Shown here in pieces: positions 40,401 to 53,910 of a DNA stretch of 64,000 bases. Within the stretch, counting starts at the first letter, position 1; each line of letters starts with the position of its first letter. The position numbers were made by a program, and so were the translations under genes. Below the pieces are notes generated by a model, which saw only the letters and a list, made by a program, of their open reading frames with translations, searched no databases and was not told the origin of the DNA. This stretch comes from Antedon mediterranea (taxonomy: Eukaryota > Animalia > Echinodermata): contig NC_092677.1 in NCBI RefSeq assembly GCF_964355755.1, forward strand, positions 21,749,175 to 21,813,174, in the 5' to 3' direction.

Positions 40401-42074
40401 GGCTAACAGGACATTTTGACGTCATCGTATGGCCACGCGAATATAAAATATAGGATTTTTGTCTCTTTCGTTATTGCTCATCACATTCAATGGAGCGCAT
40501 CACGCTTATCCGTATTCCATTTTCTCCGAGATTTTAATATGGTCTAGGTCAATCAACTACCTTTCGTATGAGTTAAAAATATTTTAATATTTGTAACGTC
40601 ATCATGCCTAAAAATGTTAATTACTTGGGTCATTAATTTCATCTTTACAGTAAATTTTAATCTGTTATCGCTCGTAAGAACAAAATGGGATAATCACGAT
40701 TAAAATGTTTTCTGGATGCTATTGGATTGTAGATACGAAATCATGTAAACATTTTGCCAATCGGATGTTGTGACGTCATCATATGGCCAGTTAAATAAAA
40801 AAAGTCGTATTTTCATCTTTTGCGTCATAGTTCATTACATTTAAAAGAGCGCGCATCAATATTTCACGTGTTCAAATTTCTTCTACACGTTAATATGTTG
40901 TTGCTGAGATAATTTCCTTCCGAAATTGCTACATTCGCGTTTCATTTTGAAACCGTCAATATGTTAAAAATTTGAATAAATAGCGGGTCCCGTAATTTCA
41001 CCTATTCTACACTGTATGTGATATATATACAGATTATACTGTGTATACTATATGACACAAAATAACAGAATTCAGCAATAAAAACATATCATATTCTTCA
41101 GTTCAGGTCACAATGCCATAATCTTTTTCCGTGTGCAATATTCCAACGTATGACGTGCACGTGGCGTTTGTCGTGCGGATAACTAACTCGTCAAAGTGAC
41201 GAGTTTCATGTCTAGTTATTAGGTGATCATTTAGAATAAAATGATCACCTATTGTTATTGTATGAAATCTTTATTCTTTCTGTACACTATTTTGTGTAAC
41301 AATTATCTCAAAAAGTTAAATGTCAATGATTGCCAAAATTTCACAATGTCTTTCAAATACTGTAACTTAGTTCTAATAAGCTTTTCAGCGTGATCACTCA
41401 TCCGTGACGTTATTTATACGCCATTTTGTGAAATCACATTATCAATCATATCTCCATAACTCATTATCACATATTAATAAAATTCACAACACGTAAACTT
41501 CAGGCCAAGGGTAAAAATATTAGCAAATAAAAACGCACGCGCACGTAGGGTCATGCGCGTGAAATTGCGCGTTAAAAATTTAAAAAGCTCAAAATTATGT
41601 TTTGATCAATTTAGAGCATGAATTAGGCCATTTGCGTGTTTTAAAAAATTACTGCGCAAAAACACGTTTTTGCGCGTGCGTACACAGAAAGCGTAAAAAA
41701 TACAATTTTTTTGTACAAATTGCATTCTACTCATCTTACTTGGTACATCCACCAAATTTGAGTCCATTTGAACTTAAAATAGTGCTATACGAGCACGTTA
41801 AAAATGACAAAATGCGCACATTAATTGTACAAAAGTGCTAAAAATGGTAAAAAATAAGGCATTTCTGAAATGAAAATAATTCTTCAGAATGCACGGTGAC
41901 CCCCAATTTTTTTAACTTATTATGGAAGCCAATGAGTTGTAGATATAAATGTATATACACATTAGACGTACAAAATTGTATGACGTCATCATTTGGCCAC
42001 ATGAATTTTTAAAATAGGATTTTTTCCCCTTTTGTCATAGACCACCATATTCAACAGAGCGCAACTCGCTTATC

Positions 42075-42450
42075 TATGGGGCGCCATAAGCAGCAAAAGT
42101 GTGTAGCTGAAAAATGTATGTGTACATTTAAAATGTGTGTGTGTGTAATTGCAAAATGTATTTGTAAACCTAAAAATGTGTGTGTATTTGTAAAATGCAT
42201 GTTTGTAATTGTAAAACGTAGTTGTACATTTGTAAAATGTAGTTGTACACTTTTAAAATGTAGTTGTACACTTTTAAAATGTAGTTGTACACTTTTAAAA
42301 TGTAGTTGTACACTTTTAAAATGTAGTTGTAACAAGGAATGTATACTTGTAACGCTTGGTTAGAGATCTCTAATCAAGCGTGAAGACCATACCATTTCTC
42401 GAGAGGGGTATACCATGGAAAATGGCTATCTGACCGGCGGCCGGCCGCCG
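42075..42450 (+). repeat. Left TIR with 21-bp tandem subrepeats and an internal palindrome
   Basis: AAATGTAGTTGTACACTTTTA repeats at ~42220-42330; palindrome CGCTTGGTTAGAGATCTCTAATCAAGCG at ~42353-42380; mirrors 53911-54246. Confidence 0.92.
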
Positions 42451-43316
42451 ATGGTATATTTATTTCCTTTTTATCGTTATAGCATTGGCGTTTTGTATTG
42501 GGAGTTTTGATTATATTGAAAAGCGACGGCGAAACACTGTTGTCGGTCGTCTAGGCCTACTTAATTATATAATAACTAGGCCTAGGCGCGGCCGGACTAT
42601 ACTAAATCACTAAGGGTGGTAGGTATGTATAACAATACAATATTTAGGCTAGACCTCGCGCCTATAAATAAAGACCCAATTCCGTTATTAAAAGAAAAGA
42701 ATGAAACAGCTAGCCTACTACTAGTAATGGGAGTAACTACTACTATTAGCCTAGCTAGCTAGGCTATACTAGGCCTAGGAGGCCTAGCCTGTGTAGTATA
42801 GTAGAAGTAGGGCCCGTGCCTAGACCTAAACCTAGGCTAGGCTAGCTAGGCCTAAGCCTACTAGCCAGTAGGCCTAAAGCCCTGTGCCTAAATAGGGCTA
42901 GGCTTATATAGGCTAGCTCTCAATCAAGGAGCCTACTAAACTAACCAAAGACCTCTAACTAGGCTTATGCCCACTAACTACTAAGCTAGCTAGGCTAGGC
43001 CTACCTCTTGCCTACCTAGCAGGCCTATAGGCTAGGTCTTTACTAGCTAGGCATTGTTAGCTATAGTAGGCAGGCCTAGACTACTAGGCCCTAGTCCTTA
43101 TACTACTAGCCTTCTAGGCCTATAGGCCCTAGTAGGCTAGTACTAGCCTATAATAAATATAGCCTCCCTGGAGACCATAGACTCGGGCCTAGTAGTAGTA
43201 CTAGTAGGCCTACTAAAGGCCCTAGCCTAGGCTAGCTAGCTAATAATAATTCTTATTTCAAATCAAATTTTAAGAATTAATTTGTACATATTTTTATTTC
43301 AGAACAGGCATTTACC

Positions 43317-45030
43317 ATGGATTTGCTGCAAATTATCAGAGAATTACCAGGAACTTTATGCCAGGCGCAAAGAGGTCTTATATCTGACAATATTAATGTG
43401 CTTGAAAACTGGCATCTTAGGATTGAGAAGTTAAACATTTTATTTAATATTGTTTTAAGAAGGTTACAAGAGAGTGATGTTCCTCTAGATACCATTGAAC
43501 AATTTGTTATACTTTCTACTGAATTAAAATTCTATTTTTGCCTCATATGATGAAAGAATAAACGGAAATCATGATCATCATAGGTGGTTTGCATTGTATC
43601 AAACTGAACAAACATCTAATGGGCGACCAATGATTATAGTTAATAAAGAGAATATTGAAGAACTATTTGAAATATTTCATAGTTGGAAAATTGTTGCACA
43701 TCAATTAGCGATTTCTGTTGATACACTTCGAAGAAGAAGAAGATTATATGGTTTGCCCGTTTCCCAGCCTAACTCTACTAGAAACTACTATTCAAATATT
43801 TCAAGAGATCAGCTTTTAAATGAAGAATATTGATTTTATTGCCTGATGCTGGAGAAAAATTAATTATTGGTGGATTAAGAAGAAGGCGTATACAGTACAT
43901 GTTCAGAGAAGTCTAATTCGGGATGCTATAATGGAGGTTGACCCAATCAATAGATCATTAAGGCGAACCAGATCTGTTATAAGAAGAGTTTACAATGTTG
44001 CAAGTCCAAATAGTTTATGGTAAGGATTACAGTATACGGTAGATGTTTTTACTAACAATAATAAATACAGTATATTTAGCAGATTTAAAAAAAAGTATGA
44101 ACTTTTTTAAGATGTGAATAATAAGTTGCATGAATTATTGTTGAGGTACTGTACATATAATTGATAAGAAAATATACACATGTAACATTAACAATGTACG
44201 TCAGTACAAAAAGTTTATTATCCATGATTCAAGAGAGTAGCCAATTTGTTTTGTTTTACAGGCACATCGATGGCCATCATAAGTTAATTTGCTGGAACTT
44301 TGTCATATTAGGAGGCATTGATGGATATTCACGCAAGATTGTTTATCTTAGATGTTGCACAAATAACAAAGCAGAGAGTGTTCTTCAGCTATTTCAAGAA
44401 GCTGTTGGACAGCATGGTTTACCATCACGAGTCAGATCTGATAAAGGAGGCGAGAATGTATTGGTGGCTCGCTTTATGTTAAGCAATAGAGGCTTAAATC
44501 GTGGCAGCCATATAACAGGTTCATCAGTTCACAATCAAAGAATTGAAAGGCTGTGGCTGGATGTCAAACAAACTGTTGTTAAACAATTTCAAGGTATATT
44601 TAACTACATGGAAAATTTGGGAATTCTTGATCCCTTAAACCAGATTCATATTTATTGCCTTCATTCGGTATTTTTAAGTCTCATTAATGATTCATTAAGA
44701 GAGATGGAAGGCAATTGGAATGACCATCCCATGAGTAGCAAACATAATCTTTCACCGAATCAACTTTGGCATATGGGATTAAATGCTTATGCATTTACCA
44801 ATCCTGAAGAATATCAAGATCTAATTCACAATGGAATTGATGAAGATGGGCCACAAGCTGTTGATGACAACAATAATGAACAGATTGTTGTTCCATATAT
44901 ACAATTGCCATTAACCAACAACCAAGAACAATTTATTAAATCATATGCACTAGGTGCTAATAAAGCAGATGTTGACCAATGTATAGACATTTATGTCAAT
45001 TTAGTTCATATAGTGGAAGGCATGATGTAA
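43317..45030 (+). pseudogene. Spliced DDE transposase (HTH region + integrase core), frameshifted in the N-terminal exon
   Basis: Exon 43317-44019 (GRP..SWKIVAHQLAISVDTLRRR..YSNIS..PDAGE..VDP..RRVYNVASPNSL) with about three frameshifts. GT-AG intron 44020-44261 splits the W codon. Open exon 44262-45030 reads [40 protein letters not shown], giving the D-D-E triad. Confidence 0.88.
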
Positions 45031-47582
45031 ACCCCTAAACAACCATTTAGTAACTATCTCCGATCAGTGATAGTAAACAACCCTAGAAATTAACAAACAT
45101 TGATTCTAATGAGACTTTTCACCGGTTTCCGTAGGACCACTAGAGTCTGGTTTTCTTTTTTGAAAAAATATAATACTACTGTAGCACAAATACAACTTTG
45201 TGCAATGGGTAATTTAAATTTACTTTCTATGGACGAGAGAGTTAGTTTTTCTAATATTTATTATAATAATTGTCTCTGTGTATGGTAAGATATTCCAAAA
45301 GAACATTCTTTATTATTTTCAACATATTTGCGACAGCTCTCCAATGTTATATTAAGCAGCTTTTTTCTGTACACATGAAACATTTGAACTGTAAATAAAT
45401 TTTTTGTTGTTGCTTTAATCTATTGTTTAGTTTTATTTTATATTATAATTTATATTGTTTGAGGTGTAGCATACGATTGGATAGTGCTTTGCACTCATAA
45501 CAATCCTCAGGTGTTTATTTAAATAAATACAGTAACATGATTTTTAACAGTTTTTTGGTGTAAAAACTCAAATTTTCATGATAGCTATATTAATAACGTA
45601 CAGTAAACACAGAGCCTTCAAACAAAAGGTAGAGCTGAGCTCATCTAAACTCAATTGTACTGTGGCTAGAAACTTATACATAAATAAATTTATATTAACA
45701 AAATTTGAATGACATGATTTTTTTTTTAGTAAAAACTATATTTGTTGTGAATGTTACAGATTTCCCAATGCAAAACAAATACAGAGCTGATCCAAGCTAT
45801 TTAAAATCGATTGTATTTTGGCTAGATTTGCAACATGCAATTTTAACAGGCAGGGGTGGTCGTAGAAGACTATTTTAAGGGTGTTGGCCAAGAAGAGTCC
45901 AGCCGCAAAACCACATATTTGGCCCATAGAGGAGCGATGCAAATTTTTTTTAATTACACCACTAGATGGCCGGAAATTAATTAATTAAATTTAATTAGCA
46001 ATTATAATGAGTACAAATTATTTATTATCAAATCATAATTTTAAAAAGCTAAACAAAAAATAAGAGGCTGCTGCTATAAATATTTTGAGCAAAACGTTTA
46101 ATTGTATTATTTTGAAATAAATGCTAAATAAGTCAGTAAAACCACAATTAGCAAAATTTATTTTCATTTATCCACTATAAACTGTATAAACAGTGTTGCC
46201 TAAACAACACTCCAGAAAAAAATATTGAAATTTGCAGAAAGAAGGAATTGCCCAGGCAACACCCCTGCGTCTACCCCTATTACCCACAAATTGATTTTTA
46301 TTGCTTCTAAACAAATTTTCAATATAGATGTAAAAAAAACTAGAAATTAATTTAACTTTGACGAATTATTGTTGATCATTTTTATAATTTTATGGACATT
46401 AATATTTTTTAAACATGCACGTATGCGAACATACGATCGGAAAATGTTGATGTATGCCTTCCTATTATACGCTTATAGTGCTGAGTTGTGTATATTATAT
46501 GCCATATACATTAAGTACAGTATATACTGTATATCTATATACCGTGTAGCATTGGTGAAATTACGGACAAACATCATGTTCTAATTTTTTGGCATTGATA
46601 ACATTATCAAAATAAACTTGTGGATAACAATATCGAAAGATAATGAATTGAGCAATAAAATATAACAATTGGAAGAAAATTTGGCACGTAGAAGCGTGGT
46701 GCGCGCTCTTTAAAATTTGTATAACTTTGACGAAAGAGATGAAAAAACTACTTTTTAACTGGCCATATGATAACGTTACAACATCCGATAGACCTAATTT
46801 TTAAATAAATTCATATCTACATTTTACAAGCTCTCATAATAAGTTATAAAAATCAAGGTCAACTTTATTTCAGAAGAGCTGCAAGGTATTCAAATATCCG
46901 TTGTAGGTGAAATTACGTAATCAGCGTTATTTAAATTTTTAGACATGATGAAATCATCTAAATGGAAATGTTGGCAACTCATGAGTAACATAATTGGTTG
47001 AGGTAGAATATATTAAAAATTAAAAGAAAATCGATCACAGATAAGCGAGATGCCCTCTGTTCAATATGATTGTCTAAGATGAAACGAAAAAAATCCAATT
47101 TTTTTATTTATGTGGCCAAATGATGACATATATTTTTGTACGTCTAATATGTACATGATGCATTCATAACTCCAACTCATTGGCTTCCACAATCAGTTAA
47201 AAAAAATTGGTAGTAAGCGTCCATTCTGAAGAGTTATATTTATATATTATAAGGCCTTATTTTTTACCGTTTTTGACACTTTTGTGCAATTAATGTGCGC
47301 ATTTTGTCATTTTTACTCGGGGTACCCGAGTCTAGTACTTACTCATTTTCTCCTTCTCTTCCTCCATCTGGACACTATTGAGTAAAAAGTGCGATTTTTA
47401 AAGTACTACTCCTCCCTTATTCGTTATAGTATTGAGCTGGGATTTGGCATGAACATACTACAGGGATATGTCCTCAAAGCTATAGAGCCGGATTTTTAAT
47501 TTTTTGTTAATTAATTTGTTTAATTAAGAAGCCACAATGTGTGACACACACCACAGCGTTATGTAGTTATATGGTTATATGC

Positions 47583-47654
47583 GGATTCTTGGCGTAGTGG
47601 TTATCACGTTTGCTTAACACGCAGAAGGTACCTGGTTCAAGCCCGGACGAAACC
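47583..47654 (+). pseudogene. tRNA-Val(AAC)-derived copy, degenerate
   Basis: TGGCGTAGTGGTTATCACGTTTGCTTAACACGCAGAAGGTACCTGGTTCAAGCCCGGACGAAACC followed by oligo-T. Confidence 0.7.
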
Positions 47655-47866
47655 TTTTTTTTAAACTTTATGGTGAAAAGTACTGTATACGCAATATGAT
47701 AATTATACAGAGTATATCTTATTTTTATTATTTTTTAAAATACTTATTTTGTGTAATCGGTAATTATCACTTTTACACATGTTTATTTTGCTTTGTGCTT
47801 ATTACCATTTATTTGTAATTTAAATGGATTAAAAAACTTTCTGTAACCCACATTTTTAATGTAAGA

Positions 47867-47938
47867 GGTTTCGTAGTGTAGTGGTTGTCAAGTCTGCTTA
47901 ACACGCAGAAGGTCCCGGTTCGAGCCCTGGCGAAACCT
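47867..47938 (+). tRNA. tRNA-Val(AAC)-like, near intact (probably a TE-borne pseudogene)
   Basis: Perfect acceptor and anticodon stems, AAC anticodon, TTTT just downstream; D- and T-stem mismatches; same sequence as 6219-6290. Confidence 0.7.
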
Positions 47939-48582
47939 ATTTTCTTTACTTTCTAACTGTATACGTCTGTATACAGCTTCTTTCGCTGTACCCCGAGTAT
48001 TGCACATTCGTGCTTGTTTAACCTGCTCGTATAGCGTTATTTAAAGTCGGAATAGACTCAAATTTGGTGAATGTAATTTTGAGCTTTTTAAATTTTTAAC
48101 GCGCGATTTCACTATTAATTTTTATTTTATTTGCTATTCTTTTTACCCTTGACATGCAGTTTATGTATAGTGAATTTTATTGACATGTGATTACAAGTAA
48201 TATAGAGATATGATCGATAATGTGATTTCACAAAATTGCGTATAAATTACGTCACAGATGAGTGAACTTTTTGAGATAATTGTTACACAAAATAGTGTAC
48301 AGAAACAATAAAAAGAAAAAAAATAACAATAAAGATTTCATACAATAATAATAGATAATCATTTTATTCTAAATGATAACCTAAAAATATAATTACACAC
48401 GTACATGATTCGTATAGTATACTAATAATATTATTTGTCGCATCAACTTCCAAAATTGACCTTTGTGACATTGTTTTTGCAGCGGTATACTTTCAATAAG
48501 TTCAAACAAACAACAAAATAAGACAGACTCAAAAATACTTTTAATGCAGTGTTTAGTTGTTTCAAATACAATCACAAACTTT

Positions 48583-49803
48583 AACTAGATTTGAACTCGT
48601 CACTACGGACGAGTTAGGTTATCCGCAGCGCAAAGGCCACGTGCACGTCATACGTTAAAATATTGCGCGCAGAAAAACGATTAAGTAATTGAAACAATTT
48701 CAGCGTGCTCTTTATTTTTCGTCACGTCTGAGTATATACGGTATACACTATATACTGTTTACGTACTACATACAGTGCAGAATAGGTGAAAATAAGTGAC
48801 CAAAGTTATTGACGCTTTTGAACATAATGACGTCATCACAATTTTTAAAATGGTGAATCGTGCGAAAGATAATTGATAGACCTAGACAACATAAAAAAAA
48901 TGGGGGGAATTGGAATACAAATAAGTGGAGATGCGCTATATTAAATGTGACGAGCTACGAGGAAAGAGACAAAAATCCTATATTTTATATTCGAGTGGCC
49001 ATATGATGACGTCACAATGTCCGGTTAGCCATATTGATGCATGATTTGATATCTGCAACTCATCTACTACCAGAATATGTAATTATAAAAAAGTTCACCA
49101 CATAGTTTAGAATTTATGACTGTTTAAAAAAAGGCATAATTTTGACTAATTTTTGAACTTTTTCATCAAAAATGCGGGTAAATTGTTTAATTCTACGTGC
49201 TCGTATGACGTGATTTTAAGTCGAAATTGTTTGAAAGTTGGTAAATTTTCTAAAAAAGACAGGAAAAACAAAAATCAAGCAAAAAAATGATGTTTTTGCG
49301 CTACGTGCGCACGTGCGCGTAAAAAAATTGCGCACGCGTGGGAATTTTTGAAATGCTCAAAATGACATGAAACGCGTAGAAAGTTGATTAGATATTGATT
49401 TTTCGCATTTTGAAATTTTAAACGCACGTGCGCGCGTAACTTTTTGTAAAACATGCCATTTTTAATCCATAGAAAGTTTGCGCATTATATGACTTAAATG
49501 TTCACCAAGTTTCAATACAAAACGACTTTTAGTTTTTATTCTATGATCAATCATTGAAATTCATAAAATCGCGCGTAACTTACGCTGCGCAACTCGAAAT
49601 TCAAAAAAAAAAGTTTCTTGCACATCTACAGCTACAGGGCTATCTTTTGACAAAGTTATACAATCATATGTTGGCCAGAATTAGAGATACGCTGCGAACA
49701 AAAATCGTGGAAAGAAAGAAGAATATAGAAAAAAAAAAAAAAAAAAAAGAAAAAAAAGATCCTGACAATAACAAGGGGTTATCCGCCAAGTGCGGATAAC
49801 CAA
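48583..49803 (-). mobile_element. HINE family F2, complete copy
   Basis: Same termini and body as 8669-9892. Confidence 0.85.
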
Positions 49804-50663
49804 AAAGTATGCAAAACTCCATGAAGGTACCATACTATAAATACGTTATAAAATCAGTTTTTAATCTAATAACAACAAGAAGCGTGTTAAGTAAAATTTC
49901 TGTGGAATTATTTAACATACCCATAAGTGCAAAGAAATAGCTTATTATAGAGGCTGTTCTTTTATTCTAAACCAAATTTTTTTTAAAAATAGAAATGAAT
50001 CCTTTGGTTTATAAGTAACCCAAACATTACCAAAGTATAGTTTATATGAATTTCAAGTATAAAAGTACAAGAAAAAAAAAATGTGGTACATGGTATTAAA
50101 TGAATGAAAGTAACAAGCATTGAAGATATTTAACATGAAATTATCTTTATACATTTAAGATGTAGTAGAAAATCAATTTCTATACATACAAATCAAGTAT
50201 TGAAGTCTGACATAAATGAGCAATTCATAATATGATTTTTAGGGAAAAAAACTCTCAATATTATATAATTATTTAAATGTGATTTAAGAATAAAACCCTC
50301 CATCATTAAAACATTCATGTAACTATGTTAAAACTGGTGTTCAAAATATAACTACCACTGTATGTGATAAAAATAACTTTATGATTGTGTTTCCCAACAA
50401 TAAAAATTAAACAAAAATTGTAAAAAAAAAATGTAGCCACTAATTGCAAAATATTTTCTTTTAAATTGGAATTAAGACTTTGAATTAAGCTTGATTAAAA
50501 CAATAAAAACATATTAACAATAACAAAACTGAATGTCATTATTGTATTAAACATGTTAGCACTTAATTACTAACATTTTAAAGCTATCATTGCTACAATA
50601 AAAACTAAATTGTCTAAAGTCTGAATGCTCAAGCATTCAAAGAAACATAACAATTGAATAAGA

Positions 50664-52629
50664 TCAGCTATCAACAACATTTTTGGTTTGAGAAAAGAAC
50701 TGTGTAAAGCTGGTACAAAATGTTAGCATACATGTTAATTCTTGGCATGACATCTCATTAATTGCTTCCCGTAACCACTCTTTCTCTTTATGAACATTCT
50801 CCAGAGTATCCCACTCTACTATGTCTACCATCAACTCGGGTGTCATATCCACATGTTTCATTAGGAAAATAGAACACATTTCATTGCATCTTTCAATGAA
50901 TGGCATAAGTTCTGTATACTGAAGGCCATCTCTTATGCTTCAGTATCACTTTCTTTTGCATCAGATATAGGACTAAGAGGTAATAAATAGTCACTAATGT
51001 TACTGTTAGTTGTACTAACAATATCTCGGGAAGGCAACAAGTACACCCTCTTGTTTCCATATAAACGATGCAAAAGCTGTGCATTCCTTTCTTGATCATC
51101 AGTTAAACGTAGTTTAGTTAATCGTGAACCCATTCCAATCATAAACTCAAACCTAGAAGATATAATTTATATAATGTAGATGACAAAATGTTATGTTATT
51201 TACTGAAGGGAGGTGAAAGCTGTACACAAGGCATTCTTTTTTTTCTGACTTAAAACGCTCAGCACCTAAATATCAAGGTACAGTTCATTTATTATTATAG
51301 TTATTTATTAAAAACATTCAGAATATGTACTGGTGTGTATATTGTAATGACCAATCAAAAATTATTCTGATCTTAACTGTACATCATATCATTGCACACA
51401 GGTTAACAAACTTCTTATGTTGGTACTATCACATTATATTGAAAGCTCAAAGTTAAGATTTTGCAAGGCATTTTGTTTAATCTTTTGAAGATGAAAAGGA
51501 AGCTGGAATATTGTTTCTATGAATCAGTCATGCTTGTAACCAATCAGAATCCCACTTTCGCTGAGCAAAAACTTATTCAAAATATTTTTTTGCAAATCAA
51601 ACATTGCTTGTAAACTAAATTTAACATTTTAGTTTTCACTACAGTTACAGTACTTTATTTTAAATTTAAATAAATCAAAAGAACTTACTTATTTGGATCA
51701 CTTTCAATTTCCAATATATCTGAAAACATATTTTCCAATTTTTTGTAAACTTCTTTTGCTGTCATGCATTGTTCTAGTTCAACATGATGATAAACATGAC
51801 CTGTAGTGTTGAAAGTAAATTTCATGATACATAATCAGTAAATATGATTTCTCATGTAGACAAAAACAAAAATAGGCCATGTTGAACCTTGAAAATGTTT
51901 ATCAACTTTCAAAAGATTGAAAAAAAAAATCAATTTATTTTTTAGTCAAGACACTGTTCTATACTTTTTATATATTTATTCATGAATTGAGGAATTTTGT
52001 TTAAAAAAGTTCATTACTTAAATGTTTAGACTATAAATACATTTTTTTAAGTGAATGTGCCAAAAAAGTTTCTGAAACAAAAATTGGTAAGAAAAAATAT
52101 TTTTAGTCGCGTGTACGCGACTCTATAGTTCACTATGTCGGTCGGTCGGTCTGTCTGTTGGTCCGGTATCACTATGCGTTTTAGCACGCGACTTATGGCT
52201 GTTGGCCTTGTTTTTACTAGTATTGAATAAAAACTGAAATACATAGTAGATTAGGATAATAAATAACTAACCTTTTTCATCTAGTTTTCCATAGTAATTT
52301 GCCCTGGGTATTTGATCGCTTTGTGATGTATCCAATAAAATGACTTCTTTTAAGTAGAAGTAATTTTGGTTTTGCCTAGAATTAGAGCATGAACGAGACC
52401 TTGAATTATCTTGTGTTCTTCTTCTGGTGGTATTTCTTGATCTTGTTGATGGTGTGGTAAATAAACTATTCATTTCACTATTTAGATCTTGGTGTGGTCT
52501 TCTTGTAGTATTTCTATGTGCTTGAGGTTGAGCATTTGGAGTTACATTCTGAATGATTGTTAAAAAATTGTCATTTGATAGTAGGGATTTGGTTAAATTA
52601 TCTATATCAGTTGTTGAAAGCGATGCCAT
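50664..52629 (-). pseudogene. Second IS3EU gene: spliced, internally deleted, with a HECT-like (G2E3-like) C-terminal remnant
   Basis: Exons 52629-52272, 51800-51689 and 51152-~50936 join in frame across GT-AG introns (..KLDEKG|HVYHHVELE..DPNK|FEFMIGMG..RVYLLPSRDI). After a frame jump at ~50940: IRDGLQYTELMPFI..MTPELMVDIVEW..EWLREAINEMSCQELTCMLTFCTS. No catalytic Cys motif visible. Confidence 0.65.
52100..52212 (+). mobile_element. Minimal ~110-bp HINE in an intron
   Basis: Head palindrome AGTCGCGTGTACGCGACT, (GTCG/GTCT)n microsatellite, subTIR CACGCGACT, hairpin GGCTGTTGGCC, then TTGTTT. Confidence 0.75.
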
Positions 52630-52756
52630 GGTTTTATTTTTACAGTAGTTATCTGAAACAAAACAAATTATTATTAATAATTAAATTCATCAATACAGAT
52701 ACAGTACTGAATTAACTATCCTACTACACAGTACTAGTGGTGAAGCTCATATTTTG

Positions 52757-53176
52757 TTACCTCCGCCAAGGAGGTTATGTTTTCACCCCTGTATGTTTGG
52801 GTGCGTGGGTGCGCGTGTGTGGGTGTGTTTGTGTGTGTGTCTGTGAACAGCCTGAAGGCCACAGTTTTTATCCGATTCCCACCAAATTTGGACACAATGA
52901 TCTATGCCCCAAAAGCTCGGACGAAAAAAAAAATATACAGTATAAAAAAAAAAAAAAACTCTCAGCGGGATTTGAACCAGGGACCTTAACTGTGAGAGGC
53001 TGGATACATAACCATTAAACCAAACTCTCATCCACAACTTTGTAGTGTGCAGTTAGCCTATTTACACTTTAGAACTAATAAAAAAAAAGTTTAAAAAAAA
53101 ACATTTTCGGAGGGAATTTTATGTAGGGGAATTTTACAGTAGGCGGAGGTTTGTACTCTCGGAGTACCCTCTAGTT
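52757..53176 (+). mobile_element. HINE with (GT)n microsatellite and an antisense tRNA-like cassette (52959-53028)
   Basis: Head TTACCTCCGCCAAGGAGGTTATG; tail GGCGGAGGT + hairpin GTACTCTCGGAGTAC + CTAGTT. Minus strand TGGTTTAATGG...GGTTCAAATCCC followed by oligo-T. Confidence 0.8.
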
Positions 53177-53910
53177 TAGATATATTTTAAAGGATTATTC
53201 TACATTACAAGAAGAAGAATAGAATATCGCATTTTGTTATTTCAGTAGTAAAATATTGATTGTTTTACCCAGGTCTAGTAGGGCTAGCTTACAACTAGCT
53301 GGGCTACTACTACTAGGCTAGGCCATACCCTGCAGGTTTGGCCAGCCCTACTGCTGTTATCAACTCCAAATGTGTTATTACTAACTATATCATGAATAGC
53401 AAATCTTGGATTTAGGCTTTAAGTAGGCCTCATAAGTAGGCTCACGTCTGACCCTTATAAAATGTATAAACAAATAAATCCTTTTTTAAATTGATGACAG
53501 GTACAGTAAACGCTGACACTTAAGCTGCGTGATGTAGGCATTTATTAGCTAGTTTATGCGGTTTGCCTAGTTAGGCCTAGGCGGCGCCTATATAATAGGC
53601 CTATGCCTCTTGGCCTACTAGTAGACTAGCTAGGCTAGCTAGGCCCTGTACTGTTGTAGCTGTACTAGGCTAGGCCTAGTAGTAGGCCCTATACTGGTTT
53701 ACAGCTCTAAGGAATGGGCTACTTACATACTGTACTGTGTAGGCCTGCCTACCTCAACAATAGGATGACACTGACAGTTGACTATAGTATAGATAGCCCT
53801 AATCAACGATTAAAAGAAGTATGGGTATGCATTCCAGATTCCATCCAAACATGTGGTGCATGCTCGTCTCACTTGCTGAATACCATGAGGGTGCGTAGAG
53901 GTTATTCGCA

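Larger units (their letters stand above)
47313..48020 (+). mobile_element. HINE family F1 with two tRNA-Val copies
   Basis: TTACTCGGGGTACCCGAGTCTAGT ... GTACCCCGAGTATTGCACATTCGTGCTTGTTT, inserted in a T-run; matches 6139-7667 without the Crypton-like insert. Confidence 0.85.
46338..48385 (-). mobile_element. HINE family F3 copy inside the IS3EU element, itself interrupted by F1
   Basis: AACTAG tail at ~46338; degenerate head palindrome ataatcattttattctaaatgataaccta at ~48355-48385; body is the reverse complement of the 59032-60559 type. Confidence 0.75.

Noticed and set aside
42051-42363. Cys-rich metallothionein-like ORF and its antisense ORF
   Set aside because: Both are translations of the 21-bp TIR subrepeats, mirrored at the other end of the transposon.
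44161-44261. N-terminus of the 289-aa ORF
   Set aside because: It is intron sequence; the real exon starts at 44262 after a polypyrimidine-CAG acceptor.
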